Source: an uncultured Candidatus Saccharibacteria bacterium
GTDB lineage: Bacteria > Patescibacteriota > Minisyncoccia > JAHIHE01 > DAOWLE01
NCBI GenBank assembly: GCA_964430135.1
Contig: CAYSEG010000001.1
Span: 5,959-59,802 of the forward strand
DNA length: 53,844 bases
Direction: 5' to 3'
Positions 8,860-16,604 of this stretch are shown here, piece by piece (the stretch's first letter is position 1; the number at the start of each line of letters is the position of its first letter). Made by a program: the position numbers and the translations under genes. Under the pieces are notes generated by a model. It was given only the letters and a program-made list of their open reading frames with translations, made no database searches and was not told the origin of the DNA.

Positions 8860-9627
8860 ATGTTTTCTCAATTCTTCTTAAGCCTAATCACAGCAATTTT
8901 TATAGGAGGGGTAGCCGGATACCTTGGCTCTTTAATGATTACCAAAAGAATGGCATTAGTGGGAGGACCATTAGGCCATTTGGCTTTACCGGGCGTAGCA
9001 TTGGCTTTAATATATCATCATAATATCTTTCTGGGCGCGCTTTTAAGCATAACTATCGGAGCTATAATAATATGGCTTTTGGAAATTAAAACCAACCTGC
9101 CTTTAGAAGCCTTAACCGGAGTGGTCTTCGCCGCCGGTGTCGCCTTAGGATTTTTAATTCTGCCCCTTTCCCGGGCAAAAGAAGCGTTAATCGGAGATAT
9201 CACCCAAATAAATTCCATAGACGCCGCTTTGGCAGTAACTTTAGGATTGATTGTTTTTTTTATTATCAAGAAAATTTACCAGAAGATGATTCTTTCGGGA
9301 ATATCGGAGAATCTAGCCAGAACAGAAGGAATAAATGTAAAAAAGCACAACCTGATCTATTTAATTTGCATTACTCTAATTGTTGCTCTAGAAGTTAAAA
9401 TAGTAGGGATTCTCTTTACAGTGGCTCTTTTAGTCATTCCAGCTTCTGCTTCGAGTAATTTTAGTAAAAGCCTTTCCCTGTATTCTTGGGGAGCATTGGT
9501 TATAGGGGGAATTTCCGCTGTTCTTGGAATTTTTGCTTTTGAATTTACGGAGTTGCCAGCCGGACCTTTAATTATTTTATCGGAAACTTTTATTTTTTTA
9601 ATTTCTTTATTTTTTAAAAGTAAATAA
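8860..9627 (+). CDS. metal ABC transporter permease (ZnuB/MntC-like)
   Basis: 255-aa polytopic membrane protein downstream of the ZnuC-like ATPase. Typical ABC-3 family hydrophobic profile. Confidence 0.8.
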   Translation: MFSQFFLSLITAIFIGGVAGYLGSLMITKRMALVGGPLGHLALPGVALALIYHHNIFLGALLSITIGAIIIWLLEIKTNLPLEALTGVVFAAGVALGFLILPLSRAKEALIGDITQINSIDAALAVTLGLIVFFIIKKIYQKMILSGISENLARTEGINVKKHNLIYLICITLIVALEVKIVGILFTVALLVIPASASSNFSKSLSLYSWGALVIGGISAVLGIFAFEFTELPAGPLIILSETFIFLISLFFKSK

Positions 9628-9702
9628 ACTTAATTTTTACATCCGAAATATATATGGATGTCTGCTTTCGTCTATAGATAGAATCACAGTCCTTTATTAA
9701 AA

Positions 9703-9730
9703 ATACCGAAGAATAATTCTTCGGTATTTT
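9703..9730. terminator. bidirectional hairpin terminator
   Basis: ataccgaagaa-taa-ttcttcggtat, flanked by an A-run and a T-run. Lies between the permease gene (+) and tRNA-Ala (-). Confidence 0.6.
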
Positions 9731-9733
9731 CAG

Positions 9734-9804
9734 TGGACCTAGGCAGAATCGGACTGCCGTCTCCGCCGTGCAAAGGCGGTATTCTACCATTAAACTATAG
9801 GCCC
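9734..9804 (-). tRNA. tRNA-Ala (anticodon UGC)
   Basis: Minus strand GGGCCTATAGTTTAATGGTAGAATACCGCCTTTGCACGGCGGAGACGGCAGTCCGATTCTGCCTAGGTCCA. G3:U70 identity pair, anticodon loop TTTGCAC, no encoded CCA. The T-loop TCCGATT is atypical. Confidence 0.75.
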
Positions 9805-9888
9805 ATGCAATCTTAACCGTATTTTGAAGCGGTATTGCCGCGTCTGCTCCCCACTACAGCAAATCTTTACAAATGTTAATTAAAATAG

Positions 9889-9960
9889 CACCGCCACGGG
9901 GAATCGAACCCCGGTTGCCAGGATGAAAACCTGATGTCCTAACCACTAGACGATGGCGGC
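9889..9960 (-). tRNA. tRNA-Glu (anticodon UUC)
   Basis: Minus strand GCCGCCATCGTCTAGTGGTTAGGACATCAGGTTTTCATCCTGGCAACCGGGGTTCGATTCCCCGTGGCGGTG. Cloverleaf folds by hand, with a G1:U72 wobble. Confidence 0.8.
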
Positions 9961-10239
9961 ATTATATCTAAATTATTTTATGGCGTGAAAATAAATAAAA
10001 CCTGAAGTTCTAGACTGATTTATCATTACTACAATCTAAACAAATCTAGTGCGCGAATTAAATTCATTTAAACCACAAAGGAGTCGCTTCGCGACCCTAT
10101 GGGCATGCCTTCATTATTATTTTACTAAATTTAACCCCCATAAATTAAAATTTTAGTATAGGAAGTTTAGCCGCAAAAACTACCAAGGTCTAATTGAACA
10201 AAATTCTGATATCTTCTGATTACCCGTTTCCGAAACTAT

Positions 10240-10316
<77 letters not shown>

Positions 10317-10401
10317 ATCATCGGCAAAGTCAAAACGGGGGAATAATAGAGTTGCTTTACTGTTACTATCGCTCTTTCCTGTAATGACACCTATTAAATA
10401 G

Positions 10402-10430
10402 ATAATAATATAATCCAAAGCCTCTGTCAA
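10402..10430 (-). promoter_or_regulatory. sigma70-like promoter for the tRNA cluster
   Basis: Minus strand TTGACA (10425-10430), 17 nt, TATTAT (10402-10407). Confidence 0.5.
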
Positions 10431-10484
10431 TCTTTGCAGAACTTTTAAAAAAAGACGCTCTTGGGCGAGCGCTTATTTTTTGTT

Positions 10485-11699
10485 CTATATAAAAACTTTA
10501 GCAATTCTCCAAAGTATTCTTGGATTTTTGGCTATCAGCTTTAATATTAGCATCCGACTGTTAATCTCTGAAAGATCCTCGCTTTTCAAAGAATGAGCTA
10601 ATCTGTTTAATTTATCGTCTGACAACTCTCCTATAAATTCTGCCGCCTTTTTAAGTTTATCATTAGTTGCGCCAATTTCTTGCTGAAGCATTATTCTGTA
10701 CTCATTTAATCTTTTTTTAGATGTATCATCCTCTGAAATAGCTCTGGCTATTACATCACCGGCAATTTCTCCTGATCTCATTCCGTTATTAATGCCTCCT
10801 CCGGTTAAAGAATCAACAGAATATCCTCCAGCGGCATCCCCTACTAATACTAATCCATCTGCTGTAATATCCAGTATTTTTCCTGTTTTCAGTCTTTTTC
10901 CCGTTGGAACCATTCCGTAAATCGCTTTTTCTATTTTGCAGTCAGGAAATCTTTTTCTGACAAATTTATCCAAAAGGTCATTTAGAAAAGAAATCCCTTT
11001 CCTTCTTGTTGTTTCTAAAGAAAACCCTATTCCTACATTTGCAATATTATCTCCCTTTGGGAAAACCCATGCATAACCCTGCGGGGCTATTTCGTTTCCT
11101 AAATGAAATTCATCGTAATTCTTACCTCTAAGTTCTGGTCCTCTCAAAAGATATTCCCGACACATCATAATATTGCCATCGTGCAATTTTGTATCCATTC
11201 CTGCCAATCTGCCCACCGGAGATCCTATGCCGCCAGCATCAACTATTACTTTGGCGAACAAAGTATATTTCCTGCCTAACGAATTTACCCGGAGTTCAGT
11301 AATACCTCTATTTCTTGTCAATCCTATCGCCTCAGTGTTCTTCCTTATCTCAACTCCAGCTTTCTCTGCTTCTCTTGCTACAAATTTATCAAACACATCT
11401 CTATTTAACGTATGTCCGCAAACCTTTCCCTCTGCGACTATTTCAGTTCCATCAGGGGAATAAAGCTTTATTCCTCTAACTTTTTTAGCTATACATTCAG
11501 GACATCGTTCTTCTATTCTTGGAAATCTTTTCAGCGCATTCTCGCTTACTCCCTCTCCGCATCTGACTGGAACGCCTATTTCCGGATCTTTTTCTATCAT
11601 TAAAACGTCTAAACCGCTTTCAGCCGTTCTCTTTGCTGTAACTGATCCAGCCGGTCCTGCTCCCACTATTATTACATCATATACTTTTTCCTCTTTCAT
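10485..11699 (-). CDS. geranylgeranyl reductase family FAD-dependent oxidoreductase (archaeal-lipid type)
   Basis: 404 aa. N-terminal YDVIIVGAGPAGS dinucleotide-binding motif, RCGEG, and a GDAAG block typical of the GGR family. Confidence 0.85.
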   Translation of the reverse strand: MKEEKVYDVIIVGAGPAGSVTAKRTAESGLDVLMIEKDPEIGVPVRCGEGVSENALKRFPRIEERCPECIAKKVRGIKLYSPDGTEIVAEGKVCGHTLNRDVFDKFVAREAEKAGVEIRKNTEAIGLTRNRGITELRVNSLGRKYTLFAKVIVDAGGIGSPVGRLAGMDTKLHDGNIMMCREYLLRGPELRGKNYDEFHLGNEIAPQGYAWVFPKGDNIANVGIGFSLETTRRKGISFLNDLLDKFVRKRFPDCKIEKAIYGMVPTGKRLKTGKILDITADGLVLVGDAAGGYSVDSLTGGGINNGMRSGEIAGDVIARAISEDDTSKKRLNEYRIMLQQEIGATNDKLKKAAEFIGELSDDKLNRLAHSLKSEDLSEINSRMLILKLIAKNPRILWRIAKVFI

Positions 11700-11953
11700 T
11701 TTATCTGCCTCCTTTTATTTAATGTGCTTTTGACAACTTTCTTTTTAGTCGTCAAATAGATATTATCACCCGCTTTATTTACTGTCAATCGGTTCCCTAT
11801 AACTGCTACAATAACAATAAACGCTCCGCCAAGAATAAACAAATTATTAAAGCCCAGAAAACCAATAATCAACCCAGAAATCATAAATGTTGGTTCAAGT
11901 CTCTGACTTGAACCTTTTATTTCCTTTTCATCTTCTACAGAAAGAAACCCCAA
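11696..11953 (-). pseudogene. remnant copy of the 3' end of the MFS transporter gene, probably the ancestral C-terminus
   Basis: Residues GLIIGFLGFNNLFILGGAFIVIVAVIGNRL are nearly identical to the C-terminus of ORF 14078-15295. The annotated N-terminus starts at TTG inside a repeat element. The stop overlaps the reductase ATG (ATGA). Confidence 0.5.
11788..11883. repeat. 96-bp direct duplication, copy A (MFS 3' end)
   Basis: Matches 14086-14181 with 3 mismatches by hand alignment. Confidence 0.85.
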
Positions 11954-11997
11954 AAAAGGGGGTTCAGGTCAAAGACCTGAACCAACGAGAAGGTAAT
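11888..11997. repeat. ~110-nt double-hairpin element, copy A
   Basis: ggttcaagtctctgacttgaacc, then ttttatttcc, then ccccaaaaaagggg, then ggttcaggtcaaagacctgaacc, then aacgagaaggtaatt. Collinear with 43145-43264; the first hairpin also occurs at 44908-44931. Confidence 0.75.
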
Positions 11998-12214
11998 TAT
12001 TTGTACTTTCAATTTTAGTATTTTATCATCACTTTTTATTATCACCTTAGCATAGCATTACATAAACGATTGACGGCCGTCAGCCAAGTATGTAGTGAAA
12101 ACCGAGCACATAATATTTTCATATATTTACGAATCAAATTCTTTGCAAGTCTAGTATTTTTTAAGCAATTTCTTAAAATTTTTCTTAAAAAAAGAAGGGC
12201 GAAAATAAACGCCC

Positions 12215-12568
12215 CTATAATTTTTTATTTTTTGGTTTTCTTGGAAAGAACTTAATTTTTACCCGTCTAGTAGGTCTGCCTCTATGGTCTATTCCACAAG
12301 TCATTCTCCCTATTAAGTAACTGGCTTCCGGGTCTTTACTGTATTCTCTGTATGACTTTATATAACCATAAAATTCTGCCACTATCACAAAAATCCCCAC
12401 AGTAATCATTAGTATTGAAAAGTTTAACCAAACTCCGTAACGACCGTGTAATGGCTCAAGGAGTGTTCCACTGAAGTTGTAGCTGAAAACTAAAACTACC
12501 GCTACGAATATTACTATCCACTTCAAAGAATCTATCGCCCAACTCGCATACATCTCATATTTTGTCAT
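12215..12568 (-). CDS. hypothetical small membrane protein (2 TM, basic tail)
   Basis: 117-aa ORF with two hydrophobic helices and the tail RGRPTRRVKIKFFPRKPKNKKL. Lies inside the segment bounded by the 96-bp duplication. Confidence 0.45.
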   Translation of the reverse strand: MTKYEMYASWAIDSLKWIVIFVAVVLVFSYNFSGTLLEPLHGRYGVWLNFSILMITVGIFVIVAEFYGYIKSYREYSKDPEASYLIGRMTCGIDHRGRPTRRVKIKFFPRKPKNKKL

Positions 12569-12614
12569 TTTTAACCTCCTATTTTTAGAATATTTTATAA
12601 ATCCAAATTTGTCA

Positions 12615-14077
12615 ATCCCGTGTATTCAACATTCTAAAATGACACCGAAAAGGTATTGGTTCTGCAATATAAAATGACACCGAAATTTTATAGAATGTAG
12701 GGTGAAAATAATTGTCTGGCCTTGAAGGAATATTCTTTATGGTTTTGAAAGAAAGATATTCTCAAAAGTCAGACCACTCTACTATGGATATGTATTCTCG
12801 AAACCAATACCTAAAAGAACTAAAGAAAGAATATTTAAAACAAAAATCAAAGAAAGAGAAATCTAAGTTATTAGATGAGGCAGAAAAAAGAACTGGTCTT
12901 TGCAGAAAACATCTCATGGTTAAATTAAGACCAAAAAGTAATCTGGATAAAAGAAAAGAAGCGAGAAAGAGAAGAAAAGTATATTATGATGGCTATGTTA
13001 AAGCAGCTTTGGTTCAAATCTGGCGAATCTTTGATTATCCTTGTGGTCAGAGATTAGAACCTTTACTTAAAACTGAGGTAGATAGATTAAGGAAATTAGG
13101 CGAATTGAATTGTTCTGATGAAGTAGCTAAGAAACTAAAGAAAATTAGTTTCCGGACAATTGATGAAAAACTCAAACATCAGAAAGAAGTAGAGAGAATA
13201 AGGAAGAAATATCAGAAAAAGGTTCATCCTCTTTTGTATCAAAAGATACCAGTTAAACTCTCGGATGAATGGGATCGGTCTCAATTAGGCAATATCCAGA
13301 CAGATTTGGTTGAGCATTGTGGACAATCAGCTAGAGGAGAATATATCAATACTGTTTCCAACACTGATATTGCCACTGGCTGGTGGGAGGGTGAAGCAAT
13401 TATGAGTAGAGGGCAAATACCAACCTGTGAAGGATTAGACAGAGCCAGAAAAAGATTTCCTTTTGCTCGGCAAGAAGTCCACTCAGATAATGGCGCAGAA
13501 TATATTAATGCTCATTTATTCAACTATACCCAGAAAGAAGGGTTGGGCTTTTCCAGATCAAGACTCAACAAAAAGAATGACAATTGCTTTGTCGAACAGA
13601 AGAACTGGACCCATGTGAAAAAGTTTGTTGGCTATTTAAGATATGATACTTTAAAAGAACAAGAAGTCTTAAATGATTTGTATCATCATGAATTAAGATT
13701 ATACAAAAACTTCTTTCAGCCAGTGATTAAGTTAGTTGCTAAAGAAAGAATCGGAGGTAAAATCTATCGTAGATATGATACTCCTAAAACTCCTTATCAG
13801 AGAGTAATGGAATCAAAAGAAGTGTCAGAAAAAACAAAACAAGAATTAAAGAAAATCTACCAATCTTTAAATCCGGCTCAATTGAAAAGAGTGATTGACA
13901 AGAAATTAGATCTTCTCTACCAAGCTTATCAAAAGAAAACACAATCTCAAAAGGTCGCCTATCAAAAGAAAGTTTCGGTTAGATTTTTAATTGCTCAACC
14001 AGAGCCTATTTTGGTTAGATAGTTAAATTGCTTGACACGATATTTCTTGATTTTCAAGGTGTTACCTATGTATCTCA
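12615..14077 (+). mobile_element. putative IS element (ends uncertain)
   Basis: Single transposase ORF. The left side has two copies of aaaatgacaccgaaa (about 12636 and 12670). The right side has the inverted, similar ggtgttacc..ttcaagg region (14050-14072). No clean TIR/TSD pair could be defined by eye. Confidence 0.4.
12712..14022 (+). CDS. DDE-type transposase / integrase (rve core domain)
   Basis: 436 aa. Candidate D, D, E residues in TDLVEHCG, HSDNGAEYIN and VEQKNWTHVK, with a basic HTH-like N-terminus. ATG at 12739 is a more likely start than TTG at 12712. Confidence 0.85.
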   Translation: MSGLEGIFFMVLKERYSQKSDHSTMDMYSRNQYLKELKKEYLKQKSKKEKSKLLDEAEKRTGLCRKHLMVKLRPKSNLDKRKEARKRRKVYYDGYVKAALVQIWRIFDYPCGQRLEPLLKTEVDRLRKLGELNCSDEVAKKLKKISFRTIDEKLKHQKEVERIRKKYQKKVHPLLYQKIPVKLSDEWDRSQLGNIQTDLVEHCGQSARGEYINTVSNTDIATGWWEGEAIMSRGQIPTCEGLDRARKRFPFARQEVHSDNGAEYINAHLFNYTQKEGLGFSRSRLNKKNDNCFVEQKNWTHVKKFVGYLRYDTLKEQEVLNDLYHHELRLYKNFFQPVIKLVAKERIGGKIYRRYDTPKTPYQRVMESKEVSEKTKQELKKIYQSLNPAQLKRVIDKKLDLLYQAYQKKTQSQKVAYQKKVSVRFLIAQPEPILVR

Positions 14078-15295
14078 TCATGGACATCGGCTCCCTATAA
14101 CTGTCACAATAACAATAAACGCTCCGCCAAGAATAAACAAATTATTAAAGCCCAGAAAACCAATAATCAACCCAGAAATCAAAGAACCAATGGCAACTCC
14201 TAACGGTGAAAAAATTGTATCCAAAACGCTTACTTCTTCCGGATACTTTTTTAATTTTTGAGACAAAAACCCGCTTCTTCCTGAACCAGACATTAATCCG
14301 CCAACGGACTGACCAAACTTTATTAGAAAAATAGTCCAAAAGTTTGAAATTATACCTAAAACTCCTAAGGCAATTGAAAGCGTCCCAGTGATCGCTGCTC
14401 CCTCAAAAATATTTTTCTTGCTTTTCAACTCTCCTATTCTCTTGACGGCAAAAAACGAAATCGGCACAAATATTATAGAAAGCAAAGCAACAAAGAGTAA
14501 AATTAAGTTTTGCGTCCAACCTAAGTCTTTTAAAAATAAAATAAAAAATGCTCGATAAAATCCAGATAAAATTAAAACTGAAAAAGAAACAGCGAGTAAA
14601 ATAAAAATGTTTTTTTGCTTTAATATATTGAAAACTTTTTGGTAATTTTTAAAATAATTCTTTCCCGTAATCGAAGGCGACATTCGCCAATGTCGCCTTT
14701 CAAATTTATTTAATCGACTTAAACAAAAACCAGCATTCAAAAATTGCAAAATCAAACTGAAAACAAAAACTCCAATAAAATTAAATTGCCAGATTATTAA
14801 TGCTCCAATTGCCGGAGCAATGGCGTCAGCATAATAAGGAGACGAATAAAACCAGGCAAAAGCCCGATTAGGACTTTCCAATTTAGACACTATTAAAATC
14901 CATCTCATACTGACAAAGAACATTGCAGCGGAAATCCCCAACAAAACCTGAAAAGCAAAGAACGAAATCGGCATCTGGACAGGATGAATTAAAATCATTC
15001 CCAAACAATAAAACCCATAACCAAAGATTCCAAATGCGGCTAAAATTACTGGATTAATTTTATGATTTAAAAAACCAACTACTGGCGCAAAAACAGCAAT
15101 TGGCAAATAAATCAAAAGATAAGTATAGCCAACCTCGGGCAAAGATAAGCCCCGTGCGACCAAAAACAAAGGAAAATATAAAGAAAAAAGTTTATAGCCA
15201 AACATCAAAAGGAAATGAGACAAACTCGCGTCAAAAGTAATTTTTTCGATTTTAGGAAGGGTAAACATAATCTCTAAACCCAAAATCCAAACCAT
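14078..15295 (-). CDS. MFS-type transporter (about 12 TM)
   Basis: 405-aa polytopic protein with an MFS-like two-halves hydrophobic pattern. The C-terminal residues after the duplication (SRCP*) differ from the remnant copy at 11.8 kb. Confidence 0.7.
   Translation of the reverse strand: MVWILGLEIMFTLPKIEKITFDASLSHFLLMFGYKLFSLYFPLFLVARGLSLPEVGYTYLLIYLPIAVFAPVVGFLNHKINPVILAAFGIFGYGFYCLGMILIHPVQMPISFFAFQVLLGISAAMFFVSMRWILIVSKLESPNRAFAWFYSSPYYADAIAPAIGALIIWQFNFIGVFVFSLILQFLNAGFCLSRLNKFERRHWRMSPSITGKNYFKNYQKVFNILKQKNIFILLAVSFSVLILSGFYRAFFILFLKDLGWTQNLILLFVALLSIIFVPISFFAVKRIGELKSKKNIFEGAAITGTLSIALGVLGIISNFWTIFLIKFGQSVGGLMSGSGRSGFLSQKLKKYPEEVSVLDTIFSPLGVAIGSLISGLIIGFLGFNNLFILGGAFIVIVTVIGSRCP
14086..14181. 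repeat. 96-bp direct duplication, copy B (inside the MFS gene 3' end)
   Basis: Matches 11788-11883 with 3 mismatches. Confidence 0.85.
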
Positions 15296-15340
15296 TTCAA
15301 ATTTTCCAAATCAATATCAAAATCCAAAATTCAAATTCTT

Positions 15341-15458
15341 AGATTGTCCGAAAACTTGGAGTTCAGCCTTTAGGCTGTATAAATTATGGCTTGTTTAAGC
15401 CTTCCTGTTTTACAGGCTAAAGCCTGAACTCCAGTTGTTAGACAGTCTGTGAGGGGGA
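15341..15458 (+). repeat. MITE-like structured element E1
   Basis: Ends agattgtcc...gacagtct pair with G:U only on the + strand. Inner stem ttggagttcag/ctgaactccag. 3' tail gtgaggggga. Nested between AT-rich arms (15295-15340 and 15470-15530). Related to 20238-20369 and 43295-43434. Confidence 0.65.
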
Positions 15459-15615
15459 TTTTTGACATCTGAACTTTGAATTTATTTTGGAATAATTTGA
15501 GTTTTGGAATAATTTGGATTACTTTTTAATTCTACCTTTTTAAAAACCCAAAAGCAAATTCTTTCTCTGTCATTCCCGTGAAAATGGGAATCCAGTATCT
15601 TTTTTCAAAAAAAGA

Positions 15616-15644
15616 ACCGAGATTTTAAAAATTAAAAACTCGGT
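15616..15644. terminator. bidirectional hairpin terminator
   Basis: accgag-N17-ctcggt with T-runs on both strands, downstream of the Zn-ribbon ORF. Confidence 0.55.
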
Positions 15645-15655
15645 ATTTTTTATTT

Positions 15656-15823
15656 TTACTCCGGGAGTCTCAGCGGCTTTCCGCAATGCGGACATTTTCC
15701 TAACCGTATCAACGTTTCTTTTGAAAAAATTTCTAAGCAACGCGTGCATCTCACTAATTGTTTACCATCCCTCCATATTGGTAAAAAACTGGTTTCTCTA
15801 TTTTTTCTTCCATTTTCAATCAC
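15656..15823 (-). CDS. small zinc-ribbon protein, start/frame uncertain
   Basis: Below the ORF-track size cutoff. The C-terminal frame encodes ...VRCTRCLEIFSKETLIRLGKCPHCGKPLRLPE*. A strong AGGAGG-9nt-ATG (ATG at 15811-15813) is in another frame and would join at the T6 run (plus-strand A6 at 15783-15788). Confidence 0.35.
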   Translation of the reverse strand: MIENGRKNRETSFLPIWRDGKQLVRCTRCLEIFSKETLIRLGKCPHCGKPLRLPE

Positions 15824-15896
15824 CTCCTAAAAAATTTCAGGAGAACGAAATGAGTTTTTAGATCATTTCGCTCTCCAAGGTCTTGGTTTGCTTGTT

Positions 15897-16604
15897 TTAT
15901 TCCTGTATTGCAAAAAATGCACTTTCTATAAGAAATCGCATTCTCGGAGATATAATATTTGCGTCCCGCAGTTCTTCTTTTGAAAAAAACCGAAGCAAAC
16001 CTTTCTTCCTGAGTTTCCAATATTTCTCTGTTTCTTTAATGCAATCAAGTTCCACTGGAATTACAAAAGCCAAATCAATGAGCGGCTCTTTTAAAAGCCA
16101 CGCCGGATACATCTTCAGCTCTGGCACTTGTTGTAACAATAACCCTGTTTCTTCTTGTAATTCTCTTCTTAACGTATTAAATACTACGCTGGTGTATTTC
16201 AAACTTTCCCCTGGTATCAAAAGTTCGAAATCTTCTATATCTACCCCTCCACCTGGTAACTCTGGTCTTCCTGAAAGATCTTTCCCGTATAAAGAATCTT
16301 TTTCTGTCCTTACTCGCAATAAAACTTTTCCGTTCTCTGTGTACACCGCCGCAAATATTCCAATGCCAGTAGCTACAGCTTGTCCTCTCTCTAAATTCTT
16401 TCTCGCTACCCCTAAAATTCCTTCTATTTTCTCTTTTTTTGCTCCCATTGCCGCAAACAAAACTCTAAACGCTTCCAATGCTTCAGGCTTCACCTCCTCT
16501 CCCCTATTTTTTATTTCTTCTCTCTCTTTTTTCCCTTTCATTTTCTTTCTTTTCTTGCCTCCTTTTTGGTTCGGCCTAACTTTTTGCCCATCACTTGCAA
16601 TCAC
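15897..16604 (-). CDS. Nudix hydrolase
   Basis: Nudix box LPGGGVDIEDFE...LRRELQEETGLLL. Lys-rich N-terminal extension, so the true start may be internal. Confidence 0.8.
   Translation of the reverse strand: MIASDGQKVRPNQKGGKKRKKMKGKKEREEIKNRGEEVKPEALEAFRVLFAAMGAKKEKIEGILGVARKNLERGQAVATGIGIFAAVYTENGKVLLRVRTEKDSLYGKDLSGRPELPGGGVDIEDFELLIPGESLKYTSVVFNTLRRELQEETGLLLQQVPELKMYPAWLLKEPLIDLAFVIPVELDCIKETEKYWKLRKKGLLRFFSKEELRDANIISPRMRFLIESAFFAIQE

Noticed and set aside
11173-11603. Plus-strand ORFs inside the geranylgeranyl reductase gene (11173-11463 and 11412-11603).
   Set aside because: They are antisense to a clearly conserved FAD enzyme.
11892-11914. Checked whether the ggttcaagtc... hairpins are tRNA T-arm fragments, meaning integrase att sites.
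   Set aside because: The hairpin is a 9-bp perfect stem with a 5-nt loop, not a T-arm. No acceptor-stem remnant or integrase gene is adjacent.
12070-12255. 61-aa ORF at 12070-12255, plus ORFs 14028-14261 and 14145-14339.
   Set aside because: They are short, low-complexity, overlap better-supported genes or repeat DNA, and have no SD.
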